From positions 83,267 to 147,266 of the forward strand of contig CAYPBQ010000002.1 of NCBI GenBank assembly GCA_964409035.1: 64,000 nt of DNA. Direction: 5' to 3'. This stretch comes from an uncultured Candidatus Saccharibacteria bacterium (GTDB lineage Bacteria > Patescibacteriota > Minisyncoccia > Phycocordibacterales > UBA12088). The notes under the pieces are model-generated. The model saw only the letters and a list, made by a program, of their open reading frames with translations, did not search any database and had not been told where the DNA came from. This document shows positions 10,523 to 20,147 of this stretch, piece by piece. The position numbers and the translations under genes are program-made. Position 1 is the first letter of the stretch; the number at the start of each line of letters is the position of its first letter.

Positions 10523-10942
10523 TTATACCGCGCCATCCATAGCAATGTTTGCAAGCTCATCAGCCTTTGCGTTTTGTTCTCTTTTTATATGCACAAATGA
10601 TACATGAGCAAATCGTACAAGAAGCGCTCGTACCCGTTCGTGTTGTTTTTTTAAGCCAGGATCTTTTACTTTGTATTCACCTCTCATTTGCTTAATGATA
10701 AGCTCGCTATCCATATGCACGAGCACGTTCTTGCCTTCTTGCTTGTGAACAATGAGTAACTGGAGTCCCTCTATAAGACCTTCGTACTCAGCATAGTTAT
10801 TTGTTTGATGCCCAATATACTTTGCGTGCTCAAAAACAATTTCACCCGCCGAGTCTTTTGCCCACACACCAATGCCGGATATACCGGGATTACCCCTTGC
10901 TCCTCCATCGCTATATAATTCTATAATTTCTTTCATAGGCAT
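10523..10942 (-). CDS. rnhA: Ribonuclease HI
   Basis: YSDGGARGNPG, TNNYAEYEG, DSEL, REQNAKADELAN. Confidence 0.93.
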   Translation of the reverse strand: MPMKEIIELYSDGGARGNPGISGIGVWAKDSAGEIVFEHAKYIGHQTNNYAEYEGLIEGLQLLIVHKQEGKNVLVHMDSELIIKQMRGEYKVKDPGLKKQHERVRALLVRFAHVSFVHIKREQNAKADELANIAMDGAV

Positions 10943-10946
10943 GCGT

Positions 10947-10974
10947 GCACTATCGCGATATATCGCGATAGTGC
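10947..10974. repeat. Perfect 28-bp palindrome GCACTATCGCGATATATCGCGATAGTGC
   Basis: Read directly; 26-bp core identical to 11449-11474; sits just upstream of the rnhA start. Confidence 0.95.
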
Positions 10975-10982
10975 GTGTGGGG

Positions 10983-11384
10983 TTATCTTTTATTACGGGA
11001 GTGCAGACTCTGCCACCGCCCATTACCTACTACTGGTGGCAATCCTACTCTAAGCGCATACTCAATATTTTTCCATAGTGACTCACTGCGTTTGGTATTG
11101 CTAAACAATCGTTGCAGCGATTCAAATCCTCCAGTGGTAATCATTGCAGTATACATTCGTACTGTGGAATCACTCACGCTCAGTATTTTTGCGATTCTAT
11201 AGGTAGAATATCCTCTTACCACCATACCTATAATTGCCAAACGCTTGGCAAGCATAACCCGTTCTGTTGGAGTAAACAAACTAAGTATTACTTGAGATTT
11301 TTGTTGCGAAAGTAATTCAGCAAATTCTTCGGTGATTTTTTTGTCTGCGTACTCTTGAATATGCTTTTTTGAGACATGTGTCAC
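10983..11384 (-). CDS. TrpR-like (YerC/YecD) helix-turn-helix protein
   Basis: LFTPTERVMLAKRLAI...GYSTYRIAKILSVSDSTV; GTG start (THVSKK). Confidence 0.8.
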   Translation of the reverse strand: MTHVSKKHIQEYADKKITEEFAELLSQQKSQVILSLFTPTERVMLAKRLAIIGMVVRGYSTYRIAKILSVSDSTVRMYTAMITTGGFESLQRLFSNTKRSESLWKNIEYALRVGLPPVVGNGRWQSLHSRNKR

Positions 11385-11389
11385 CCCTC

Positions 11390-11415
11390 CAATATAGCGA
11401 TATATCGCTATATTG
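11390..11415. promoter_or_regulatory. 26-bp palindrome CAATATAGCGATATATCGCTATATTG overlapping the putative -10 of the TrpR-like gene (candidate operator)
   Basis: Perfect palindrome; contains TATATT 6 nt before the GTG on the - strand. Confidence 0.65.
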
Positions 11416-11446
11416 TCGTGAAAGTTTTCCACCATACCTAGCCAAT

Positions 11447-11476
11447 CACACTATCGCGATATATCGCGATAGTGTG
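11447..11476. repeat. Perfect 30-bp palindrome CACACTATCGCGATATATCGCGATAGTGTG
   Basis: Read directly; abuts the recJ stop codon. Confidence 0.95.
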
Positions 11477-13144
11477 TTACACAGAGAGTGATGAATCATC
11501 CATTACAATGTCTAGTATTCTTATACGTACAGCAGTACGCCCCATAAATGTACCGCTCTCTATGTTTCCCATCACCGCCACCTTTTTACCAACCTCAGGA
11601 AATACTTCAAAGTCTGTTGGTTTTTTAAAGAAAGCAATTGCCTCTCGCTTTGTTCTTTTATCATCTACACAAATCATGCGAACATGCTCACCACTTTTAC
11701 CAAAAGACGCCACCTCTTTAATGTGTACTGGAGTGATTTTTAAATACGGCTTTTTGTTACCTTCCCCAAACGGGCGTAACGTTTCTAAACTTTCCAAGAA
11801 TGAATCCGATATTTCTGTAAGTGAAACCGTAATTACATGTGGAGCATCAGAACTATCTATTACTTTGGGAATAGTACGCATCACCCTCACCAATGCCTCT
11901 TCTAAAAAATGAATTTGTTCGTGAGAAACAGAAAATCCACCAGAACAATCATGTCCTCCTTTATCTAAAAAATACTCCTGTGCTCGCTCCATGATTTCCA
12001 TTACATTGTAACCAAGAGGAGACCTACACGACCCCTTTATAACTGAGCCGTCTTCTCTCCCCCACAAGAATACAGGTACCCCATATTCGCCCATGAGTGT
12101 ATTTGCAACAAGACCAAGCAAGGAAGGTTTCCATGACGGATCACCAAGGACAATAACCCCGTTTATTTCTCTGTGGGCGAGACGTTTTCTTACCTCCTTA
12201 ACAAGTGACGCAACTACCCCCTTTCGTTTATTGTTTAGTAAATCTAGTTCTCGCGCGAGAGTTTCAGCTTCTTGTATGCTTTCTGTAGAAAGCAATGTAA
12301 ATGCTTGTTCAGGCAGACCCATTCTGCTTGCAGCATTAATACGAGGACTAATGCCAAATCCTATATCATCTTCAGTAAGTGTTTTTTGATCAATACGTAA
12401 ACGTTTTAGAAGCGCTCGAATACCAGGTCGAGATGTTTTTCGCATGACATGAAGACCATACCGTGCAAAAGCACGATTCTCTCCAAGAAGAGGCACCATA
12501 TCGGATAGTGTTGCTATAGCAACCATATCAAGAAGCCATTTCTCCCACCCAGCTGGGGCATCTTCGATAGGCCTAAGTGCAATCAGTGCTCTTACTAATT
12601 GAAATGCCACGCCAGCGCCGCAGATATCTTTGTTTGGATATATATCATCCTTTTGTTTTGGATTAACGAGAGCAATTGCTGCCGGTGGGTGTTCTGGTAC
12701 GGTGTGGTGATCTGTTATTATCACATCAACACCAAGTGCTCGAGCACGATCCACTTCTTTATTATCTGTTGATCCACAATCAATGGTGATAATGAGTGTA
12801 GCTCCACTACTTGCTATCTCTTCTATTGCCCGCACATTAAGACCAAATCCCTCAAGCACCCTATGTGGTGTGTAGACGCGAACATGTTCATACTTTACCT
12901 TCTTAAAATAATCATTAAGTATGACACCGCCCGGAATGCCGTCAGTATCGTAATCGGTATAGATTACTATCTGCTCTTTATTATCCATAGCGGTAAGTAT
13001 TCTTTTTCCCGCTATTTCTATTTGAGAAAGTAAAAATGGATCATGAACATCTCTGTTGTAATCTGGATACAGAAATAACTTGCGCGCCTCCTCATCAACG
13101 AGCCCTCGAGAAATAAGTAATCGTTCTATAAGCTCTGGCGTCAT
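11477..13144 (-). CDS. recJ: ssDNA-specific exonuclease RecJ
   Basis: DYDTDG, TIDCG, ITDHH, CGAGVAF, PRINAASR, GSCRS, GGH. Confidence 0.96.
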   Translation of the reverse strand: MTPELIERLLISRGLVDEEARKLFLYPDYNRDVHDPFLLSQIEIAGKRILTAMDNKEQIVIYTDYDTDGIPGGVILNDYFKKVKYEHVRVYTPHRVLEGFGLNVRAIEEIASSGATLIITIDCGSTDNKEVDRARALGVDVIITDHHTVPEHPPAAIALVNPKQKDDIYPNKDICGAGVAFQLVRALIALRPIEDAPAGWEKWLLDMVAIATLSDMVPLLGENRAFARYGLHVMRKTSRPGIRALLKRLRIDQKTLTEDDIGFGISPRINAASRMGLPEQAFTLLSTESIQEAETLARELDLLNNKRKGVVASLVKEVRKRLAHREINGVIVLGDPSWKPSLLGLVANTLMGEYGVPVFLWGREDGSVIKGSCRSPLGYNVMEIMERAQEYFLDKGGHDCSGGFSVSHEQIHFLEEALVRVMRTIPKVIDSSDAPHVITVSLTEISDSFLESLETLRPFGEGNKKPYLKITPVHIKEVASFGKSGEHVRMICVDDKRTKREAIAFFKKPTDFEVFPEVGKKVAVMGNIESGTFMGRTAVRIRILDIVMDDSSLSV

Positions 13145-13207
13145 AGACGCATATTGTACCACGCGACCACTCTATGATTTACGTACGACATGGTAGTCTA
13201 TTGCTGT

Positions 13208-13606
13208 ATGCAAGACTCAATATTTACAAAAATTCTAAAGGGCGAAATGCCCGGAGTGATAGTGTGGCAAGATGAAAAAGCCTTTATTCTTATGGATAAA
13301 TTCCCCTCAGTAGAGGGGCAGGCACTTGTTATTCCTAAGACACAAACTGATTACATGTTTGCTCTTGATGAGGACCTCTATCTACATCTGTGGAGTGTTA
13401 CTAATCATCTAGCACACGCTATGAATGTGTCGTTTCCAAACACGCGTGTCTGCGTAGTAGTTGAAGGCTTTGATGTACCACACGTACACATACGCGTGTA
13501 CCCAGTACCACACGGTAAACCACTTGTCGCACATAAAGGTGAAATGGCAGATGATGAGGCAATGGAAAAATTAGCACAAACAATACGATCATCACTTACG
13601 CTATAG
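13208..13606 (+). CDS. HIT family nucleotide hydrolase
   Basis: SIFTKILKGE...LVIPK...GFDVPHVHIR. Confidence 0.9.
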   Translation: MQDSIFTKILKGEMPGVIVWQDEKAFILMDKFPSVEGQALVIPKTQTDYMFALDEDLYLHLWSVTNHLAHAMNVSFPNTRVCVVVEGFDVPHVHIRVYPVPHGKPLVAHKGEMADDEAMEKLAQTIRSSLTL

Positions 13607-14078
13607 ATACAACATGCGGATTTACTACCGCGCGATAGTCGGCTGAGGTTATAGCCATCGAGACACCTCTGTCACCTGCATTAAAGATAATCTCGTTATT
13701 GGTATATAGCGATATATCGCTATATACCGGAAGGTTCCATAGTATGCCAAATGGTGGCACGCCCCCTGGCTTAACACCATCAGTAATTTCTGCGACCTCT
13801 TCTGGCGTAGCAAAGCGTATATCACTTGCACCGAGTACCTCTTTTAATTTCTTTGAATCAAATTTTTTATCTCCAGGTACCACCACCATGACAAAAAATT
13901 TTTCACCATGTTGTTTTACTCTCACGATTAAGGCCTTTGCCCCCTGAGATAATGAATATTCTGGACGCACCATTGCTGCCTCCTCGCTGGTGCAAACTGG
14001 TTCATGAACAAATTTTTTATACAATACTCCGCGTGACGACAAAAGTGACTCTATGAGGGCTACTGTTTTATGCTCCAT
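13596..14078 (-). CDS. YbaK/prolyl-tRNA editing domain protein
   Basis: HEPVCTSEEAA, GAKAL, RFATPEEV, PGGVPPFG, FNAG. Confidence 0.9.
   Translation of the reverse strand: MEHKTVALIESLLSSRGVLYKKFVHEPVCTSEEAAMVRPEYSLSQGAKALIVRVKQHGEKFFVMVVVPGDKKFDSKKLKEVLGASDIRFATPEEVAEITDGVKPGGVPPFGILWNLPVYSDISLYTNNEIIFNAGDRGVSMAITSADYRAVVNPHVVSIA
13701..13728. repeat. Perfect 28-bp palindrome GGTATATAGCGATATATCGCTATATACC inside the YbaK CDS
   Basis: Read directly; same GCGATATATCGC core as the three copies at 10.9-11.5 kb. Confidence 0.9.
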
Positions 14079-14080
14079 AG

Positions 14081-15211
14081 TTAGTTATTGTGCACGAGCG
14101 CCTCAAGTCCAACAAGAGTACCTTCTGCAAGATAATCAAGCATTGCACCGCCGCCTGTTGAAAGAAAAGTGAATTTATCTTCAAGTTTAAGCTGTCCTAT
14201 AGACGCTATCGTATCTCCCCCGCCCACAATCGATATAGCTGATGATGATGCAACCGCCTTTGCAAGTAACTCAGTTTCATTACTAAAACCTTTCTCGTAG
14301 TTTCCAAGCGGGCCGTTCCATAACACTGTTGCCGCATGAGAAGCAAGAGAACTTAGCATGTCTGTAGTTTTTGTACCAACATCCACTATTACGTCATCAG
14401 GGAGTACTTCAGTTGGCTCAACCACTACTGCAGCACCCTCACGAACCACAGTAACATCAAGTGGGAGAAGCAGATTCTTGTTATCCATAAGAGGAAGAAG
14501 CTCTTTTGTATCATCTGCAACCAATGATTTACCCACTTCATATCCCTTGGCTTTAAAAAAGTCGTTTGCGATTGCGCCACCAATAAAAATAGTGTCGTAA
14601 TGCTGTAGGCGCTTTATCAAAGGTATTTTTGTATGAAACTTTGCTCCGCCAAGAATAAGCAAAGAGGGTGACGCAGGAGTAAGTGCTGTATTAAGGTATG
14701 TGACCTCTTCCATAAATTCTACTCCAGCAAATGATGGTAGTAATCGTGGAACACCAACAATAGAGGCGTGCTGTCTGTGTGAGGCAGCGAATGCATCATT
14801 TACATAGACATCTGCTAGCGTTGCCAAGCGCTCTGCAAAGACTGCATCTGCTTCCACTTCACCACTATTTGATCTGAGGTTTTCAAGCAATAAGACTTCA
14901 CCCTCTTTAAGAGATGACACAAGACGCTCTGCTTCATCAAGGGTTTTCGCAAAATGAATAGGGACATGTTGCTGTAAGTAGTGATAAACAGGACGAAGAG
15001 TACTCTGCCCATCTTTGCCTATATGTGAAATAAGCACTACCCTACCTCCACCGTGAATAATTGCCGCAATAGTAGGAAGAGCCCTTCTAATACGAAAATC
15101 ATTAGTAATGACGCCATTATCTATGGGTACATTAAGGTCGGCACGAACCAAGACGCACCTGCCAGCAATATCCTCGGGAGAAAAAGTTCGAAGTTTATTT
15201 TGTTGCGTCAT
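14081..15211 (-). CDS. pgk: Phosphoglycerate kinase
   Basis: RADLNVP, LLENLR, NDAFAASHR, WNGPLG, GGGDT, STGGGA. Confidence 0.97.
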   Translation of the reverse strand: MTQQNKLRTFSPEDIAGRCVLVRADLNVPIDNGVITNDFRIRRALPTIAAIIHGGGRVVLISHIGKDGQSTLRPVYHYLQQHVPIHFAKTLDEAERLVSSLKEGEVLLLENLRSNSGEVEADAVFAERLATLADVYVNDAFAASHRQHASIVGVPRLLPSFAGVEFMEEVTYLNTALTPASPSLLILGGAKFHTKIPLIKRLQHYDTIFIGGAIANDFFKAKGYEVGKSLVADDTKELLPLMDNKNLLLPLDVTVVREGAAVVVEPTEVLPDDVIVDVGTKTTDMLSSLASHAATVLWNGPLGNYEKGFSNETELLAKAVASSSAISIVGGGDTIASIGQLKLEDKFTFLSTGGGAMLDYLAEGTLVGLEALVHNN

Positions 15212-15974
15212 GCACAGCACTTACAATTTTAGTAAACAGCGATGCATCAAGTGATGCATGCCCCACCAAAAGCCCGTCTACCATACCTTCTGTGATGATG
15301 GCCTGAGCATTTTCAGGAGAAACTGAGCCGCCATAGAGAATAGGAACAGCGAATGCAGCAGATTTCTCTGTCATATCAGTGAGTACCTTGCGCACAAATA
15401 ACACTGTCTCGTGTACATCAGTGGGGCGCATTGCTTCTTCTGGAGCTTTTCCTATCGCCCACACGGGTTCGTAAGCAACGATCACTCGCTTGAGTAATGT
15501 TGGCGATATATCCTTGAGTGACTGTTCAATCTCATCTTTAAGAAAATCAAGATATGTGGCAGATTTATCCCGTACTTGTTCACCAATACAAACAATTGGG
15601 GTAAGTCCGGCAGCTAGTGTTGCGTGTACCTTTTTATTGATGAGTGAATTATCTTCACCTCTGGCTCTTCTTTCTGAGTGTCCCAGTAATACATACGTAA
15701 CTCCAAGCTGTTTAAGTTGAGTTGGAGATACATCCCCAGTGTGTGCGCCGCTTGCCGCCATACCTGCATCTTGTGCACCCAAAGAAAGGAGTTTTAATCC
15801 AGTAAATCCAGCAACAGCACTTATATGCACATGGCTAGGAGCGAGAATAACATGAACTGCAGTAGCCTTCTTCACGCCTGTTTTGATAGCTTTTGCAAGA
15901 GACTTCACCTTAGTGGGTGACTCTGGATTCATTTTAAAATTGGCAACAACGTACCGTAGTGTTCTTTTTTTCAT
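15195..15974 (-). CDS. tpiA: Triosephosphate isomerase
   Basis: ANFKMN, GHSERR, AYEPVWAIG, LYGGSV. Confidence 0.97.
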   Translation of the reverse strand: MKKRTLRYVVANFKMNPESPTKVKSLAKAIKTGVKKATAVHVILAPSHVHISAVAGFTGLKLLSLGAQDAGMAASGAHTGDVSPTQLKQLGVTYVLLGHSERRARGEDNSLINKKVHATLAAGLTPIVCIGEQVRDKSATYLDFLKDEIEQSLKDISPTLLKRVIVAYEPVWAIGKAPEEAMRPTDVHETVLFVRKVLTDMTEKSAAFAVPILYGGSVSPENAQAIITEGMVDGLLVGHASLDASLFTKIVSAVHDATK

Positions 15975-16004
15975 GCCCCTATAGTATATCACGCGCAGAA
16001 TATA

Positions 16005-16304
16005 CTATTTACGCTTGAGTGATACCCCAAATGATAGTATGACCAGACCTCCAATTAGGGCCGCTATTTCTTTTGTAGGGAGAGGTGCCGTTGGACCCAC
16101 ATAGGATTCATGTACCGCAAGAGCTGAGGCCATTGTGAGTATTCCTCCGATTATGGTTATAATCCCTCGCACAACCACAAGAGGATCTATGCCCACAATT
16201 TTTTTTATTTCTCGGGAAATTGCCTCTTTCTGCTTTTGCTCATTGAGATGCTTAAGCGCTTCGAGTTCATTACGCTTCTCAAGATCACTATATTCAATTG
16301 ACAT
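16005..16304 (-). CDS. Hypothetical 2-TM membrane protein
   Basis: Charged N-terminus and two hydrophobic segments. Confidence 0.6.
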   Translation of the reverse strand: MSIEYSDLEKRNELEALKHLNEQKQKEAISREIKKIVGIDPLVVVRGIITIIGGILTMASALAVHESYVGPTAPLPTKEIAALIGGLVILSFGVSLKRK

Positions 16305-16337
16305 ATGATTGAGTATATATCGCACCTAGTGGAATGA

Positions 16338-17762
16338 CTAGTTCATTTCCCTCCATTCTACAAACATAAAATCATCTGATGTGTACGGCGTGAGCGGTGG
16401 TGGACTTGTCGATAATTGCCTATCATAACTATTTTCTCTATCAGCATATCCAGAGCAGTACACATTACTACACAACCACTGTGTTCCCTCTCTGCCATTT
16501 GAGACTATTGTTCCCTTTAAGATTAAAGAGTCTTGCTTTACATATGAATCCAACGAGCTTGGCACTTCGTTGGTACCAGTTGTTGTGTAGTGATTTCTTC
16601 CAAAATGACCTGTTTGTGCAATATAGATGCCATTAAGGGTCATGATATTAGGCGACTGAAGCGGAATGAGTACATCTTCCTCTGCCACCAAGGTGAATCC
16701 ATCCACTCCAGAATTATTTGCGTACGTGATATTTCCAGAGAGAATTGCGCGTGTTGAAATTGCTGGGCTGTTTTCATTAGCAGATACTACTGTTACCTTT
16801 CCATTTACTACACCATCTATCCAGACATCATCTTCAACAAAAATTACTGGGCACTCGGTAGGTATAATACGATTCTCTAAGAAACGTTGTTTGTTTATTA
16901 TTTCATAATTTCTGTGCCAACCGAGTTCATTTGAGTATGCCCACACGTAACTAGTGTTTTGCACATCATATATATCCACTGATCCATTACTCTTTAACAC
17001 AAGATGGTACCCCGCTCCTCGTGGATTGAGATAAATGCCGCCATTGTTTTTTGCTGCATTTTTCATCGCTGTGAGATTAAGAGTGATTCCAGCAAAATCA
17101 ATCGATGGTGTTGGAAAACTCCACAGTTCATTTCCGCTTCCCACTCCGAAGACTCCGGGTTTTGTCTCTCCAGCATTTGAGCAACCAAAACTTGATGTGC
17201 AGAACCAGTTGGTAAGCGCACTAGTAACACTAGAATAATTGGTACCATCCATTCGAATACCTCCATTTGAGTGGTATCTTCCAAAAATCTCTCTGTCATT
17301 TCCTGCCCACACATTACTGTTGAGTATGTACGCATACTCAGCCACTGATGGTCTTGCGTACTTTGCGTATATTTCTCTTGTAAGTGATGGTTCGGCGCTA
17401 GTGTAACCAGTTGATCGTATCTCCACTGCTGATAGTTGTCCGCAGTAACTATTGCCTTCTACCTCAAGAGAAAACTCTCCTACCGTACCAGTCTCTGGAT
17501 CGGTATACTCATGCACATATGGACCCGGTGCATTGGTGCCATCCTGTAAATCTTGCGGGTAATGCGCAAGACGCCATTTGTAATATTCAAGCCCCGCCTC
17601 TGCGATGTGTATCGCCTTCTCTCTATTCTCTTTTGAGAATTGTAATTTTTTTTGCACCAACACAAACCCAACTAGTGAAGAAGTAAGTGTCACGAATAGC
17701 GTACCGAACACTAGTGTGAGAATTATGAGAGAACCTTTTTCATTGTGATGATGACGATACAT
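16338..17762 (-). CDS. PilX-like minor pilin / pilus assembly protein
   Basis: EKG|SLIILTLVF class III signal without E5; A.HIAEAGLE motif. Confidence 0.8.
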   Translation of the reverse strand: MYRHHHNEKGSLIILTLVFGTLFVTLTSSLVGFVLVQKKLQFSKENREKAIHIAEAGLEYYKWRLAHYPQDLQDGTNAPGPYVHEYTDPETGTVGEFSLEVEGNSYCGQLSAVEIRSTGYTSAEPSLTREIYAKYARPSVAEYAYILNSNVWAGNDREIFGRYHSNGGIRMDGTNYSSVTSALTNWFCTSSFGCSNAGETKPGVFGVGSGNELWSFPTPSIDFAGITLNLTAMKNAAKNNGGIYLNPRGAGYHLVLKSNGSVDIYDVQNTSYVWAYSNELGWHRNYEIINKQRFLENRIIPTECPVIFVEDDVWIDGVVNGKVTVVSANENSPAISTRAILSGNITYANNSGVDGFTLVAEEDVLIPLQSPNIMTLNGIYIAQTGHFGRNHYTTTGTNEVPSSLDSYVKQDSLILKGTIVSNGREGTQWLCSNVYCSGYADRENSYDRQLSTSPPPLTPYTSDDFMFVEWREMN

Positions 17763-17773
17763 GTCTACTGGTG

Positions 17774-18385
17774 CTAATTGCTTCTTACATTTCTTAATGA
17801 TGCCGTTGAACGAAGTGTAAACTCTTCTGGAAGACGAGTAGGGTTAATATTTACTATAACCGTAACGCCCACAATTGCCACATCACTAACTCGAGTGTAA
17901 TCAAGTATCTCGGTACCTGTCGCATCAAAGTACTCAAGCATTGGTACATCATCCTCACCATTTCGCACATCCTCGGATACTACTGTTAGCTCACCCGTAC
18001 CGTCGACATACGTAAGTGGTGTACCGGTTGGATTTACTGTCTCACGCATTAGTACAGTACCGTTTAGATAATAATGTATGCGCTCAACTGCATTGTCTCT
18101 ATCGGTGTCACTATAAAAATACAACTCAGTGTCACTCATTGAAATAATCGGATAGGAACCTTCTTCAGAATACGTTGCTTCACGCACATCACGAACCATG
18201 TATTCGACACCCTTGCGTGCACTTGAGAGCGCGAGTGCTTGCTCGATTGCATTTGCATTTGTTCGATAAAAGAATAGTACCGATGACGCAATCGCCAACA
18301 TCGCGAGCGTTGAAATAGAAATAACGATAATACTTTCTATAAGGGTAAATCCATTCTTCTGAGTCATATGGTGAGGTGTGTTCAT
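17774..18385 (-). CDS. Type IV minor pilin (PilW-like)
   Basis: KNG|FTLIE prepilin cleavage/methylation motif. Confidence 0.85.
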   Translation of the reverse strand: MNTPHHMTQKNGFTLIESIIVISISTLAMLAIASSVLFFYRTNANAIEQALALSSARKGVEYMVRDVREATYSEEGSYPIISMSDTELYFYSDTDRDNAVERIHYYLNGTVLMRETVNPTGTPLTYVDGTGELTVVSEDVRNGEDDVPMLEYFDATGTEILDYTRVSDVAIVGVTVIVNINPTRLPEEFTLRSTASLRNVRSN

Positions 18386-20136
18386 AGTGTGGGGAGGGTG
18401 ATGCGTAAACTATCCGCCCCAGAGATATTTACCCCAGTGAGAGTGACTGTTTCATATCCATCACGCACCACTACAATTGTGTATGAAGTACTGTTACTTA
18501 CTCCGGAAAAATGTGCCTGTCCGCATGTGCCTGTATTTTTTTGCGTGTCATACCCTCCTCCATACACACGAACTGATGCATCAGTCATGGTAGCACCTGC
18601 GTCATCTACCACCTCAACTCGTATTGAGTGTGGTGTGTGTGCGGTCATGTAGAGCGATAGAGTTTTGGTGCTTGCTGGTGAAATGGTGACAGGTAACGTG
18701 TCACATGCCTGTGCAATATCAAAACCTCCCCCAACACCATCAACGGTAAGTGTGTACGTATCCCATTCAATGGCATCAAATGAGGTGACTCCCTCGCTGT
18801 TTGTAGTCTGACTCTCTGTATATTTATATATTGGATTAATATCTTCATCGGTACCAATTGTTTTAGTGCTCGTTATGGTGATTGGGATACCACCTCTTGG
18901 TACGGGTCCTACAAGGCTAGAAAGATTCCACTCGTGTACATACGGCGTGACGGTGGTGGTATCAGTGTGTAACATGGCACGAATTCTAAGTTCGCTATAA
19001 GTCGTAGTAGCAAGTCCATATAGCGACACTGGCGAAGTGGTAAAACCAGTAGTGTTACCACTCAAATCGCTTTCTGGTATTGGTACAAAGTCAGTGCCGT
19101 TATTGTAGAGCAATTGGTACCGTAGTGATGTTGTCTCGGGTACGGTATGAGCAAAGGTTAGTTCGCCCCATGAAACCAAGTATGGAGACGCGATAGTAAG
19201 TGAGTCTGCGGTACCGTCTGGATAATATTCATCATTTGTTGTGGCTAGTAGTATGTCTCCTCCGGTACGTGTCGTGTTAGAGAGACTTGCAATACCTCCG
19301 CCGCTATCAAATGTGTCACTAGTGGTAGAGGTAGCCACAGGATCATACGTATTCACAAATAAATCTGACAACACATCAATCGCGAAACTGCCAGTGGTAG
19401 TTTCTCCTTCCGCAACAGAAAGATTCGCAGGAAGTGGGTTTGGATTTTGAGCCGTTGCATCGTAGGTACTGTCAGTACTGTAGCCAGCTTTGGTAACAGT
19501 AATATGATAGTTACTTCCCTCTGGAGTACCACCTGGAAAAATCGCAACCCCAGAGAGGTTGGTGAATGTGGTGACATCAATTGGTGGTGAAACTGCATTA
19601 TTGCGAATATGCACTTGTGCGCTCGGCACTGGCAATGCCGATGCGTTAAACACAGCAATCTTTAATGTGCCACCACCTGTGATGTTTTCAATACCAACCG
19701 GCACCACCGATGATGTTATCGCATACGATTGCACTCTATCTTTTAATGTCCACTCTAGTTCGACTTTAACTTTTTTATAATCTGCAGTGATACCATTTTC
19801 ATCCTCTTCATCAAGTCCATCTTCAGGATCATCTACGTAGGTGATGAATGTGCGTCTTGTGTATGTAGTTTGATTTAGGTCAATGGTTTCTGTTTGGGGT
19901 AGTAGTCCCGCTGGTATACCTCCCACCGTACCAATAGCGTCATATGTCATTGATCTAACAAATTCCATTTTCTCTGTCGCTAGTGACATCGCGCCTACTT
20001 TTGCTTTATTACTTCCAATAAGCACGATGGACAAACGAAATGTTCCATACAATCCGTAAAAGACAAGCATAATGAGAGCGATGCCGATGATCACATCGAT
20101 AAGCGTCATTCCCCTTTCTTTTCTATTGATAACCAT
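18382..20136 (-). CDS. Large minor pilin with C-terminal beta-sandwich (carboxypeptidase-regulatory-like) domains
   Basis: ERG|MTLIDV prepilin motif; Thr-rich beta domains (TN..G...F, Y.ITVTKAGY). Confidence 0.8.
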   Translation of the reverse strand: MVINRKERGMTLIDVIIGIALIMLVFYGLYGTFRLSIVLIGSNKAKVGAMSLATEKMEFVRSMTYDAIGTVGGIPAGLLPQTETIDLNQTTYTRRTFITYVDDPEDGLDEEDENGITADYKKVKVELEWTLKDRVQSYAITSSVVPVGIENITGGGTLKIAVFNASALPVPSAQVHIRNNAVSPPIDVTTFTNLSGVAIFPGGTPEGSNYHITVTKAGYSTDSTYDATAQNPNPLPANLSVAEGETTTGSFAIDVLSDLFVNTYDPVATSTTSDTFDSGGGIASLSNTTRTGGDILLATTNDEYYPDGTADSLTIASPYLVSWGELTFAHTVPETTSLRYQLLYNNGTDFVPIPESDLSGNTTGFTTSPVSLYGLATTTYSELRIRAMLHTDTTTVTPYVHEWNLSSLVGPVPRGGIPITITSTKTIGTDEDINPIYKYTESQTTNSEGVTSFDAIEWDTYTLTVDGVGGGFDIAQACDTLPVTISPASTKTLSLYMTAHTPHSIRVEVVDDAGATMTDASVRVYGGGYDTQKNTGTCGQAHFSGVSNSTSYTIVVVRDGYETVTLTGVNISGADSLRITLPTL

Positions 20137-20147
20137 GTGGTGAAAAA

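Noticed and set aside
10947-13728. Palindromic repeats as a CRISPR array
   Set aside because: Spacing is irregular (33 bp to 2.2 kb), with genes between copies and no cas genes.
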